Virus record (IMG/VR): IMGVR_UViG_3300020710_000008
Location: 291 to 64,290 of that record
From: a virus
Taxonomy: Duplodnaviria; Caudoviricetes
Reading direction: 5' to 3' (one strand)
DNA: 64,000 nt
Part shown: one piece after another, positions 17,806 to 26,748 of the stretch
Layout of the letters: each line of letters opens with the position of its first letter
How positions within the stretch are numbered: the first letter of the stretch is position 1
The notes under the pieces: model-generated
What the model was told of the DNA's origin: nothing
Seen by the model: the letters and a program-made list of their open reading frames with translations, nothing else
Database searches by the model: none
Made by a program: the position numbers and the translations under genes

Positions 17806-18633
17806 TCAGTCTAAGTATTTATCACTATGGAGATATTGATTAACTCCCATATTCCAAATCTTAGTATCGGTCTCATTCAGTTTAATGCCAGTTTTCTCGT
17901 AACCTTGATCCCCTGCGATGAGCCCATAGAGTTCACCCTCAACATCAATGGCCCAGTCATAAGCATCTGCAAGCACATTAGTTTGGATTCCAGCAGATTC
18001 TAATCTGGCCCAAATAGTGGTAGACTTGAAAGCTCTGGTATTAACCGTAGCCAGGGCCTTGTCCTTCCAGTAGTCATAAGACTCTTTCAGGGCCTTCTCA
18101 AAGGCTTCGGGGGACATAAGAGTATTGGAGCCACCATCAGCCCCAAAATGATTAGCCATCAAAGTACCCACGTTCATAGGTGCAGGGAAGTCAGTAGGGT
18201 GAGTCAAAATAGTGATAAAGTCCCATTCGGCCCCAGAGCGGGGTTCGTCCTTCTCCTCCAGAACAGAACGATTATAGAGAATAGCTTCCACTAAAGCAGC
18301 ATCTGGGAGACTTTCTACGATGGCTCTGGTAGTCTTTCTAGGCGTTTCTCCAACTACTCTGGACTCCATAGTGGTTTGAAAGATAGTATCCTCATTAACG
18401 ACTACTGTACGCGATTTCCAACCAGCGGGGGGCAAAGTAATTCTAAGCACTCCATCTCTGTATCCTGGTCTAATTTTAGTGCCAATGTCTTTAGTTGTGA
18501 GTTGGGCTATATAGCTGAGATTTTGGTTAGGATGCCAATTCTTAGGAGCAATATCAGCAAATTTTTCGGCATGAATCTGTTCAGTCAAAAAAGGACTGTA
18601 GTCTACATTGAGCCTCATAAATTTTTCTACCAT
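17806..18633 (-). CDS. DUF3228-like protein
   Basis: GYRDG...ILY...PM...LMAN.FG..GGS...SY.YW..KA parallels the DUF3228 pattern (recalled, not searched). Confidence 0.5.
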   Translation of the reverse strand: MVEKFMRLNVDYSPFLTEQIHAEKFADIAPKNWHPNQNLSYIAQLTTKDIGTKIRPGYRDGVLRITLPPAGWKSRTVVVNEDTIFQTTMESRVVGETPRKTTRAIVESLPDAALVEAILYNRSVLEEKDEPRSGAEWDFITILTHPTDFPAPMNVGTLMANHFGADGGSNTLMSPEAFEKALKESYDYWKDKALATVNTRAFKSTTIWARLESAGIQTNVLADAYDWAIDVEGELYGLIAGDQGYEKTGIKLNETDTKIWNMGVNQYLHSDKYLD

Positions 18634-18890
18634 AAATCCTCGCTGTAAAGAAGGGGAGGGGCTGACAATTTCTCCACTTGACCATTTGAAAGGGCTAGGG
18701 CAGCGGCCAAATCTCTGCTAATATAGTGACCGTTATCTAAAAGAAACCCTTGGTTTCCTTGAATCCCTGGAGGGAGCCCCATAAAATGCATAGCGTGGAT
18801 AATAGTGTGATGCCTAGCCGGTTTTGGCATAGAGAAGATCACATCTTTGTATAGAACGGCAGCAGCCACGATTTTAGTCTGAAGTTGCAT
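18627..18890 (-). CDS. Conserved-type phage hypothetical protein
   Basis: P.RHH...QGFL...G.Y.SR..A...LYSEDLW. Confidence 0.65.
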   Translation of the reverse strand: MQLQTKIVAAAVLYKDVIFSMPKPARHHTIIHAMHFMGLPPGIQGNQGFLLDNGHYISRDLAAALALSNGQVEKLSAPPLLYSEDLW

Positions 18891-19150
18891 TAGTAGCCCT
18901 TTGTGTAAATTCTCACTTCTGAACCGCCTGCAAGTTCAATATGAAGATTACGAATCATCATTGGAATGAAACGGGGAGCTACAGTTATACCTCTAATGGT
19001 CATCTTTTTAATACCTTTTGGGAACGCCAATCCATCCCAGTCCATAGGCTTAACCAGAATGCCATTGATAAATAACTTTCCTTTTATATCGAAAACCCCA
19101 AGCTCTTTGAGTTTCTCATAAGCGGCTTTTTCTTTACCCACGAGTTTCAT
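18890..19150 (-). CDS. Hypothetical protein
   Basis: Stop/start overlaps with both neighbours. Confidence 0.55.
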   Translation of the reverse strand: MKLVGKEKAAYEKLKELGVFDIKGKLFINGILVKPMDWDGLAFPKGIKKMTIRGITVAPRFIPMMIRNLHIELAGGSEVRIYTKGY

Positions 19151-19305
19151 TTACCCCTCTTACCAATAATAAGCCCAGCACAAAAACTGGCAACCATACC
19201 AGCGGGGATTAAGATTGTCAGGACTAGCATCAAATGGGAAATGACCCACAAAGCAGCCAATGACACAGCAACTACTAAAAGAGATAGAATCAATAAATAC
19301 TTCAT
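19147..19305 (-). CDS. Small membrane protein (52 aa; replaces track ORF 19160..19345)
   Basis: MKYLLILSLLVVAVSLAALW...; TAAATG coupling and an AAAAGG SD. Confidence 0.55.
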   Translation of the reverse strand: MKYLLILSLLVVAVSLAALWVISHLMLVLTILIPAGMVASFCAGLIIGKRGK

Positions 19306-19533
19306 TTAATGTCCTTTTACCATTCTGTCCAAGCGTACCTGACAATTGGGAGTTGAAGCGATATTCAAACTAACAGACTCCCCATAAACTTCTGGCTCAT
19401 CACCAAAAGTAACAAATCCGGCCCCAATTACCTTTTCGTGACTGAACATACCAGCCATCGAAGAATGCTGGATGTGATTTCCAAAAATCACAATACCGGT
19501 ATCTTCAAGGTTAATGTATTTAATTCGACTCAA
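19306..19533 (-). CDS. Hypothetical protein
   Basis: GGAGG SD and AGTATAAT upstream. Confidence 0.65.
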   Translation of the reverse strand: MSRIKYINLEDTGIVIFGNHIQHSSMAGMFSHEKVIGAGFVTFGDEPEVYGESVSLNIASTPNCQVRLDRMVKGH

Positions 19534-19552
19534 ATTAGCCCTCCTTCTGATA

Positions 19553-19756
19553 TTATACTGTGGGAGGAGTAATTCTAGTCTTATTTTTCTTTATGGAAGC
19601 TCTGGTCTTAGCCCTATCGCAAGCCTCATCAGTCATATCCCCCCAACAACGATACATTTCCTCTAAGACCCCATCCATATCATCTGGACTAGTAGAGGCG
19701 ATCAGATTTTCCAGTTCAATATATCGTGCTTCAGATTCTACTTCTCTAACCGACAT
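19553..19756 (-). CDS. Hypothetical protein
   Basis: Operon packing. Confidence 0.5.
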   Translation of the reverse strand: MSVREVESEARYIELENLIASTSPDDMDGVLEEMYRCWGDMTDEACDRAKTRASIKKNKTRITPPTV

Positions 19757-20018
19757 TATCAGTCTCCGCTAGTTCCACAAGCATATCCTCTACATCAGTT
19801 TCGTCCAATTTGGAGTCCTGAATATGATAAACCATAGCAGCTACGAGAGGGCGATAATTTTTATCCCTCATGAACTCCACGGCTCGGGCATAATCATCGC
19901 CCCTGAACTGACTCTTGTGAGCCATCCTATATTCCTCCCAAGCCTTCATGACTTGGATAAAAGCTAGCTGATACCTATGACCCCAAACGTTGGCTGAGGT
20001 GATAAGGGTGTGAGTCAC
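19746..20018 (-). CDS. Hypothetical protein
   Basis: AAGGAG SD, GTG start. Confidence 0.55.
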   Translation of the reverse strand: MTHTLITSANVWGHRYQLAFIQVMKAWEEYRMAHKSQFRGDDYARAVEFMRDKNYRPLVAAMVYHIQDSKLDETDVEDMLVELAETDNVG

Positions 20019-20031
20019 GGGGTATTTCTCC

Positions 20032-20412
20032 TTAGAAAAGCGCGGGGTCTTGTGCTTCGTAGTAATCTACGGCAGCAATAATTGGAATTATAGGAAAAAG
20101 CAGATAGGTTCTGGGTGAACTGAACACCCATTTAGCGGCAGATTTAATACAGAGCCAGTAAGAAAAAGGCTTGATCATAGTTAACGTCCCATCCTTACCA
20201 AGAGTCATGGTCCTCAACTTATGTTTGGGGTCAGCGTAGAAAACTACGAATACCCCATCTGAGAAAAGCTCCTTTTGAGCCAGAAGGGGATTCTTATCAA
20301 AAGCAGCAGCCCTCGAAAGCACCTTAACCACTGACCCGGCTTCAAAAGTCCTATCAGGGTAAACCACATCCTGAGAAGTATAGCAAATAAGAGTCATTTT
20401 ATCCCTCATCAA
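20032..20412 (-). CDS. Hypothetical protein
   Basis: Operon packing. Confidence 0.55.
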   Translation of the reverse strand: MMRDKMTLICYTSQDVVYPDRTFEAGSVVKVLSRAAAFDKNPLLAQKELFSDGVFVVFYADPKHKLRTMTLGKDGTLTMIKPFSYWLCIKSAAKWVFSSPRTYLLFPIIPIIAAVDYYEAQDPALF

Positions 20413-20950
20413 CCCAAGTGATTAGATGTAGTTCAGCTTTATCCCCATACAGTCCCTTGATACTATCATAGAGGGCTCTACCTTGAAGATCAAGATCATC
20501 GTAAGTGCATCTCCAGTAGTTCAGATCCTTCATCCATGTAGCACCAGTAGATCCTAGAATAACAGCCGCCAATACTGGAACTGATTGATATTGACCCTTT
20601 GCTTTTTCAGTGAAGAAACGGGGGTAGATAAGATTAGTGGCATCGGCTACTTTAGCTCGTAATTCATACCACTTTTCCTTATTTTCCTCTGTGTAAGGAA
20701 CATAAGTATCAACAAGCGTGTCTGTGCCAGCCATAAATTCTTGGTAGTCCAAGGTAGTGTTGGACCCACCGAAGCAGATAAGGAAAGCGTCATCCCACCA
20801 GTTTTCAGCTTCGGACCTCTTCTCAATGGCTACTAATTGAACATACATGCCACCAAGCGCCGTATTTCTATACTCACCCTCTATGGGGAATGTAACGCAA
20901 CCACTTACGGCACTTGAATCAGTTCTTCGGGTATTAACTTGGGCATCCAT
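20399..20950 (-). CDS. Hypothetical protein
   Basis: 183 aa, AAAGGA SD. Confidence 0.6.
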   Translation of the reverse strand: MDAQVNTRRTDSSAVSGCVTFPIEGEYRNTALGGMYVQLVAIEKRSEAENWWDDAFLICFGGSNTTLDYQEFMAGTDTLVDTYVPYTEENKEKWYELRAKVADATNLIYPRFFTEKAKGQYQSVPVLAAVILGSTGATWMKDLNYWRCTYDDLDLQGRALYDSIKGLYGDKAELHLITWVDEG

Positions 20951-21491
20951 TTGGATTTTCCTTTATGATGTTCAATACTGTAGAATTCTCTAAATAGGTA
21001 ACTGCACTTTTAATTAGGTTTAAATCATCACCAAAAGCCCCTAAGCCCCTATTACACTTGGCACAAAGGATACCTCGGACCTTGTTTGTTTGGTGATCAT
21101 GATCAATATGCCAAGTATCCGGGGTAATAGCAATATGACAAATTTTACATTGACGGTTTTCAATTTTGAAAAAATCTCTAGTCTCTTCTCCATACATTTT
21201 AACCGCATGGTTTACTCTCATGCAATAGCGGCAATAATCGTTAAATCCATCTTTTCTGCATTTTAATTTGTTGAAATTAGTGGTAGCTAAGGTCTCTCTG
21301 CAAGCCCTACACTGCTTGACGCCAGGATCTGGCTTGTCCATTGCCTTTATTTTGTGATATTTGCTTTTTGCATAAACACCCAAACATATTTTACACCAAT
21401 GACATAACCCATCAGCACGATGTTTGTTACTATAAAAGTCAGTAAGGGATTTAAGTTCCTTACATTTTGTGCAGCGTCTAGCTGACTCCAT
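20934..21491 (-). CDS. Endonuclease VII-family (HNH) putative homing endonuclease
   Basis: N-terminal CxxC...CxxC repeats; C..C...HIDHDH.T.KVRGILC..CN.GLG.F.D. Confidence 0.85.
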   Translation of the reverse strand: MESARRCTKCKELKSLTDFYSNKHRADGLCHWCKICLGVYAKSKYHKIKAMDKPDPGVKQCRACRETLATTNFNKLKCRKDGFNDYCRYCMRVNHAVKMYGEETRDFFKIENRQCKICHIAITPDTWHIDHDHQTNKVRGILCAKCNRGLGAFGDDLNLIKSAVTYLENSTVLNIIKENPNGCPS

Positions 21492-22080
21492 TTGGGTTAT
21501 CCCTTATGATATCTAGCACAGTATCTAATGCTACGGGTGCGTACTGCCACACATCTACCCCGACATTAATTTGCTTGCCTTTGAACTTCCATTGACCATG
21601 AACATGGCCATGAATGAGCCACTTACCCTCGTTAACAGGCTGTAAAGCCTCATAACGGCCTTCATAGGCATGATCAGTGAACTCAGGATCAAGATAAGGG
21701 TAATGACAAAGCAAAACATCTTCTCCAGAGCAGAGGGGAAGGGTGAGTGTCTCCTGGATAACCAAGAAATACTCGTGGTAACTCCTCAACCACTTCTCCC
21801 TAGCTTCAGGCTTCTTGTGGTGATAGGCAACAGAGGGACGATCATGGTTACCCAGGATCAGTATCTTATTGCCATTTAGCCGCTGGAGGAGGGGAAGAGA
21901 ATCAGCCAACTTACCCATACAGGCATCTCCAAGGTGATAGCAAGTATCCCTAGGGCCAACAACTGCATTGTAGTTTTCGATGAGCTTCTCATTCATCTCT
22001 TCCACAGATCGAAATGGCCTATCGGCCAATTCAATAATCCTCTCGTGTCCAAAATGAGTATCTGCGGTAGCCCAAATCAA
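21478..22080 (-). CDS. Phage calcineurin-like metallophosphoesterase
   Basis: ADTHFGH, HLGD, GNHD, CHYP, HGHVH. Confidence 0.9.
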   Translation of the reverse strand: MIWATADTHFGHERIIELADRPFRSVEEMNEKLIENYNAVVGPRDTCYHLGDACMGKLADSLPLLQRLNGNKILILGNHDRPSVAYHHKKPEAREKWLRSYHEYFLVIQETLTLPLCSGEDVLLCHYPYLDPEFTDHAYEGRYEALQPVNEGKWLIHGHVHGQWKFKGKQINVGVDVWQYAPVALDTVLDIIRDNPNGVS

Positions 22081-22129
22081 AATAAATCTCCTTCAATCCC
22101 ATTATACTAAGCTGGTAGTAGGTTCACTC

Positions 22130-22543
22130 CTACTTTTTCTTTAATAGCTCTTCCCCTATTTCAGAGAAGCATACATTATTAAGAAGCCTACCACTATTAC
22201 TCTTTAACCCACATTTTTCTTTTTCTGGCAGTATATATACGATAATACAGTCTTCCCCGTTATATTTAACTGGGTCTCCAATGTTATATTGCAATAAGGA
22301 AGACTCTTTGTCCCCCTGCCAGTGATAGTCAGTTATACCTTTATCCTCTAATTCCTTAAAGAATATGGGTTTTAAAGTCTTTTTTACAGCCTTCAACTCT
22401 CTTGGATGCAGATCATCTACTTGATCCAAGTAGCACTCCCATCTGTTCTTAACTTTATTTGCCACGCATCGAACATGGACAGTGGCCCCTTCTTCTCGGA
22501 ACTCACTTATATCTAGGGTGTAAGAGGACGTTATCATATACAA
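22130..22543 (-). CDS. Hypothetical protein
   Basis: 137 aa ORF. Confidence 0.55.
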   Translation of the reverse strand: MYMITSSYTLDISEFREEGATVHVRCVANKVKNRWECYLDQVDDLHPRELKAVKKTLKPIFFKELEDKGITDYHWQGDKESSLLQYNIGDPVKYNGEDCIIVYILPEKEKCGLKSNSGRLLNNVCFSEIGEELLKKK

Positions 22544-22560
22544 AGGAGATGAAAAGCCAT

Positions 22561-23109
22561 TTAGTTAGATAAAATAGTGAAGGGGGGCTCTACACCCATC
22601 GCATATGTAGTTGCAGCCTCAAGAGCTTGCTGTATTTTTCTTCTCGGCAACATTCTCTTTGTTAGTAGCATTGTAGTGTATAATGAACCAAACGCGACAC
22701 CAGAGCCACAGCCTATAGCATAATAGTTGCATTTTGGTTCTCCAATCTGAAAATCTTCTTCTAAAACATACAGCCTTCCGTTGTAGCCAATCAAAGCTCC
22801 CCCAGGAACACTTTCCTCATTATCATCTATTTTAGTCAGACCCGATCCCTTGCAGGTATGTCTTAGGGCGTCTAGCCAATCAGTTACAAGGTATTCAAAA
22901 TCTTCTTGCTCATCTCGCTTAACTGGAGGATCAAATCTATATTTTAAAATTTGACCCAAACGAAATGAACCAGAATAGCCGATAAGAAAATCCTCTTTGA
23001 TGAAGACCTTTGGATCTTTTCTAATGACCTTCTCAGACCCATCAGAGGCACAGGAGTCTCCTCCCATCCATACTTTGCCTTTAGCGGCTATTCCTACAAT
23101 ACAAGTCAT
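22561..23109 (-). CDS. HslV/proteasome-beta-like Ntn-hydrolase peptidase
   Basis: M-T-C-I-V-G N-terminal Thr, GGDS, PKV, GYSG, AIGCGS. Confidence 0.7.
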   Translation of the reverse strand: MTCIVGIAAKGKVWMGGDSCASDGSEKVIRKDPKVFIKEDFLIGYSGSFRLGQILKYRFDPPVKRDEQEDFEYLVTDWLDALRHTCKGSGLTKIDDNEESVPGGALIGYNGRLYVLEEDFQIGEPKCNYYAIGCGSGVAFGSLYTTMLLTKRMLPRRKIQQALEAATTYAMGVEPPFTILSN

Positions 23110-24254
23110 TAGTTCCTCGTGTAATATTTACCAGCAACCACGATCATCTCATCAGTGAAAATGAAATGTTCAGGTTGGCACTGCTTGGTCTTAGTGTCAA
23201 TGTGCCACAGGCAGAAGGATTGATGAGATTTATTCATACGTTCCTGGTATTCAAAGTCGATGTTACTTAGGCATCCCATGGTGATCCAATGAATGGGGCC
23301 TCTGACTAGATTAGCAGAAGAGGTCATATTAGTTCTATGAGTGTGGCCAGAGCATCCGGACATACCAAAAGTCTGTTGCCCATGGTGATCTACTACAAGA
23401 CAGTCATAATAAATCTTGAAGTTATTCTTAATCTCACTACGAGTCTCAGAGGCTGAGAATGCTGATAGGTCAAGTCTTGATACTAGATTGATCTTAAATT
23501 CTGGAAGACCAAAAATATCGGCTAGTGTTAGGCCCATTACATCAGAGAGAATTACCTTTAGATTGGGGCTCTTGTTAGCTATGAACTTGATGATTCTCCA
23601 ATCATGATTTCCTATGATAAAATCAATTTGTGCATCAGGGCATGTCTCTCTGAGGGGCTTGAAGATTTTGGTCTTCACAAACTCAAAAGCTTCTTTGAGG
23701 CTGAAGTTACGCGGATCTTGATCGAACCTAGAAAATTCCCCCTGATCGAAGACATCGCCTGCAAGTACAATAATATCAGGCTTTACTCTCGCGCAAGTGT
23801 CTAAGAAAACAGACCAGCAGAAGGGGTCTAGCTCCTTATCATGAAGATCGGAACACATCATGATCTTCTTAAATCTCTGACCGTTATCCGGAACTTCATA
23901 CTTGCCAATCCAAGGGTCTACTTGCTCTTTTTGAAATTGTCTATAAATGTCTAGGTGGGCGTGTTTGGCAATATCTCTTTCAAGAGTATGCTGAAAACGA
24001 TTAAGCTCAATACCTGCTTGCCTTCTGGCTTCTAACCAAGTGCCGAAGTGACGATTCCATGTTGCATCGGAATACTTGCCATATACTCTGTAAAAATCAC
24101 GAGAAATCGTCCTAGTCGGGAATTCTTCTTGAAGTCTCCTGATGTCGGTAACGATTTCTGCTATGGTGGCAGTGGGGTCATACTTTTTGGATCTTTCAGA
24201 TAGCAGAGCTACCTCGCTAAATCCTAGCTTCTTTTCTTTCTGTAGTTCTACCAA
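23109..24254 (-). CDS. Metallophosphoesterase with N-terminal homing-endonuclease-associated-repeat-like HTH
   Basis: Y...GKYS..TW.RHFGTW.EAR..AGI; SDLH, LAGD, GNHD, GHTH. Confidence 0.75.
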   Translation of the reverse strand: MVELQKEKKLGFSEVALLSERSKKYDPTATIAEIVTDIRRLQEEFPTRTISRDFYRVYGKYSDATWNRHFGTWLEARRQAGIELNRFQHTLERDIAKHAHLDIYRQFQKEQVDPWIGKYEVPDNGQRFKKIMMCSDLHDKELDPFCWSVFLDTCARVKPDIIVLAGDVFDQGEFSRFDQDPRNFSLKEAFEFVKTKIFKPLRETCPDAQIDFIIGNHDWRIIKFIANKSPNLKVILSDVMGLTLADIFGLPEFKINLVSRLDLSAFSASETRSEIKNNFKIYYDCLVVDHHGQQTFGMSGCSGHTHRTNMTSSANLVRGPIHWITMGCLSNIDFEYQERMNKSHQSFCLWHIDTKTKQCQPEHFIFTDEMIVVAGKYYTRN

Positions 24255-24336
24255 GAGGTTCTCCTGTTAAGTGGGCACTAATGCGCCCCTCACTTCTAGA
24301 TTCCAAAAATCGGTTTTGGCATAGCAGGGCAACCCG

Positions 24337-25563
24337 CTAATTTAGGCCAATTACATTCTTTATTGCACTTGCAGTGCGGTTCTTCAGTGATTGTGCTTTT
24401 ATACTTGCAACTGTTTCATCGGTTACAACAATATCTACGTCATCAATGATGGGCTGTAGTAGGGCAATAGTAGCTATATCCTTGTGCATCTCTGCTTCAA
24501 CCAACAGCATGAATAGTTCTAGACGCTGAGGATTTTCCTTAATGGCCACAATTTGCTTCTCTTCAGGGGTGAGGTCACGATGAATTTCCTCTTGTTCATT
24601 CAGAGAAATAGTAGACAATTCCCCACTTTTTAGTTTAGCAATTGTGTCTTTTGAAATAGCGGAGAATGTGGTCTTCTCTGTTTCTACACGAGTCTTGTAA
24701 GGGACTACAGAAATTTTGTTAACATAATCCATCACTTTAGCAGGGGCTTCATAGAGCTTATCATAGGGTAGAGTATAGATGATCTTAAGAACGTGATCAA
24801 CTTCATAATCAGTTAATTCATACTTCTTCTCAAGCATCTTCATGATGCCACTCTTATCTAGAATTTTAACAGCCGTAACACGAAGCGAGGAGCGCATTGT
24901 CAACGCTCTTTCAAGCATGTCAATTTCTGCGAATACCAAGGGCTCTTCGTGGGTCTGGTTGAAGTCAGCTTCTTTAGCTACTTCACCGGTCTCCACTTTC
25001 ACCCATTCATTCAGAAGAGGTAGTTCTGCATAATCATCCACTAGTCCAACTAGATCAGACCTAAACAAAGAGAATAACCTAAGGGCAACTTTATTAGGTT
25101 CTCCCTTTACATTATCAAAATAGTTGGGGCATTCTTGATGGATATATTTCCACAGAACCTCAGAAGGCTGCTTATGAAATTCTTGAGGATCTAGACCGTC
25201 AACCATAATCATTTTGCGGAAGTGGCGACCTTCTCCTAGAATCTCAGAATAGGTCTCTAGCTCGGCCATCGAATGACTCATGATGGAGTTGCTATCTACA
25301 TATTGCTTGCCTAGTCTAGCATCACCACCGAAAACAGCGGCCCTATCAATGACAAACTGGTTTTCAATGGTCTCAAAACGAGGATCAAGAATCATATTCC
25401 AAGTAGGCCCTAGTGTCTCCACCATGCCTTTGTCTCCCCACAGTACTTGATTCAGCACTTGGCAGTATTCGTACTCTTCCTGGGACACATGATTTTGATC
25501 AATCATGTAGATTCTCTTACCATCCCTAAGTCCGAGCAGATTTCGGATTTCAAACGAACTCAT
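24337..25563 (-). CDS. Hypothetical protein (408 aa)
   Basis: Long ORF with AAGGAG SD and a CAGTAATA motif upstream. Confidence 0.75.
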   Translation of the reverse strand: MSSFEIRNLLGLRDGKRIYMIDQNHVSQEEYEYCQVLNQVLWGDKGMVETLGPTWNMILDPRFETIENQFVIDRAAVFGGDARLGKQYVDSNSIMSHSMAELETYSEILGEGRHFRKMIMVDGLDPQEFHKQPSEVLWKYIHQECPNYFDNVKGEPNKVALRLFSLFRSDLVGLVDDYAELPLLNEWVKVETGEVAKEADFNQTHEEPLVFAEIDMLERALTMRSSLRVTAVKILDKSGIMKMLEKKYELTDYEVDHVLKIIYTLPYDKLYEAPAKVMDYVNKISVVPYKTRVETEKTTFSAISKDTIAKLKSGELSTISLNEQEEIHRDLTPEEKQIVAIKENPQRLELFMLLVEAEMHKDIATIALLQPIIDDVDIVVTDETVASIKAQSLKNRTASAIKNVIGLN

Positions 25564-25595
25564 TAAAACTCCTTTAACTTCCTATTACTGACAAA

Positions 25596-26090
25596 TTAGG
25601 CCCAAGAAAGGCCGAACTGTGCTAATAGTGTATTTAAATCAGTCATACCCAGAATCTGTAGGTTTTCAGAATTGTTGATAGTCACATCGTATAAGATGGT
25701 GTTCTCATTAGTATGAGCAATGTGGTCGGTTTCACAGAACGGATCTGGATTTACAATGATGTTCCAGACTGGTCCGTTGTAGAAGTAATTATTGACCCCT
25801 ACCAAAACTCCCCCACCACCACTTATAGTTAGTTTTCTAGTAGCTGGGATAGTAACCGTTACTGTAGCGGTTGCAGTTGCATGGGTAGGAACTGGCTGGC
25901 CATCAGTGACGTATAGGGTGTAAGTAGTAGTAACTGGAGGAGTAACTGTAAAAGGCACTCCACTAGAGATAGGAATGTTACCGGGTAGGATAAAGCCTCC
26001 ACCTCCAGCAAATACACCAGTTAGGGTAGTGGAAGCGGCTAGGGAAATAGTCCCTGAAGCGGCGGCGAAAGAGGTAATAGAAACGGCCAT
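25596..26090 (-). CDS. Ig/PKD-like beta-rich protein, possibly virion-associated
   Basis: VTPPVTTTYTL.VT...ATATVTV Thr/Val-rich pattern. Confidence 0.55.
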   Translation of the reverse strand: MAVSITSFAAASGTISLAASTTLTGVFAGGGGFILPGNIPISSGVPFTVTPPVTTTYTLYVTDGQPVPTHATATATVTVTIPATRKLTISGGGGVLVGVNNYFYNGPVWNIIVNPDPFCETDHIAHTNENTILYDVTINNSENLQILGMTDLNTLLAQFGLSWA

Positions 26091-26319
26091 TGAGTAAGCT
26101 CCATGTTCATCAAAGAGTCGAAAAGTTTATTATTTCTTACCTTAGACTCTTTCAACTAAACGTTTTAGCTCCTGAAATAGTTCATCGGCTCCCTCTTTGC
26201 TCTCGTTACGAAAGGGGATACAGAGCATCCCAATGGCTTCCGCTTGGGCTTCTTCCGAATGTTCCCATATGAGATTAGTCTTGAGTCTTGCTAGCACTAC
26301 AGGATTCATTTATTTCTCC

Positions 26320-26748
26320 TTATTCCGTTGATAAAATTGGTTGTTTTGTACTTGAGGTAGTTTCAATTAAGAGATTTAGATTGGTGAGGTATGTGGCATA
26401 CTCTTCTTTGAGAGCAGTTAATTGATTTTGCAATTTTCTCATGAGCCAAGTTCTGGCTTTAGAGTTGAAAGCTATTTCATTTACCACACCTTCACTGTAG
26501 TACAGAGGAGTGTTAGAAGAGGGAAATTTCTCATCAATTCCAATAATCTCAAACTCTTTGCCCTCTGCCATAATTAATTTAATTTCACCCATAAATAGGG
26601 ATCTGCTATGCACTCTTCCATGAAGGGTTTCACAATACATACGAATGTCATGCAAAAGATATCTAATATCTTTTTGCCATATATCTATGGCTACTTCTTC
26701 TCTGTCTTCAACTGCCCAATTATGTCCCATATGTTCTAATATTCTCAT
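26320..26748 (-). CDS. Hypothetical protein
   Basis: ATGA coupling to the ligase C-half. Confidence 0.6.
   Translation of the reverse strand: MRILEHMGHNWAVEDREEVAIDIWQKDIRYLLHDIRMYCETLHGRVHSRSLFMGEIKLIMAEGKEFEIIGIDEKFPSSNTPLYYSEGVVNEIAFNSKARTWLMRKLQNQLTALKEEYATYLTNLNLLIETTSSTKQPILSTE

Noticed and set aside
19160-19345. Track ORF of 61 aa
   Set aside because: A better-supported 52-aa membrane ORF (19147..19305) in another frame has an SD and stop/start coupling.
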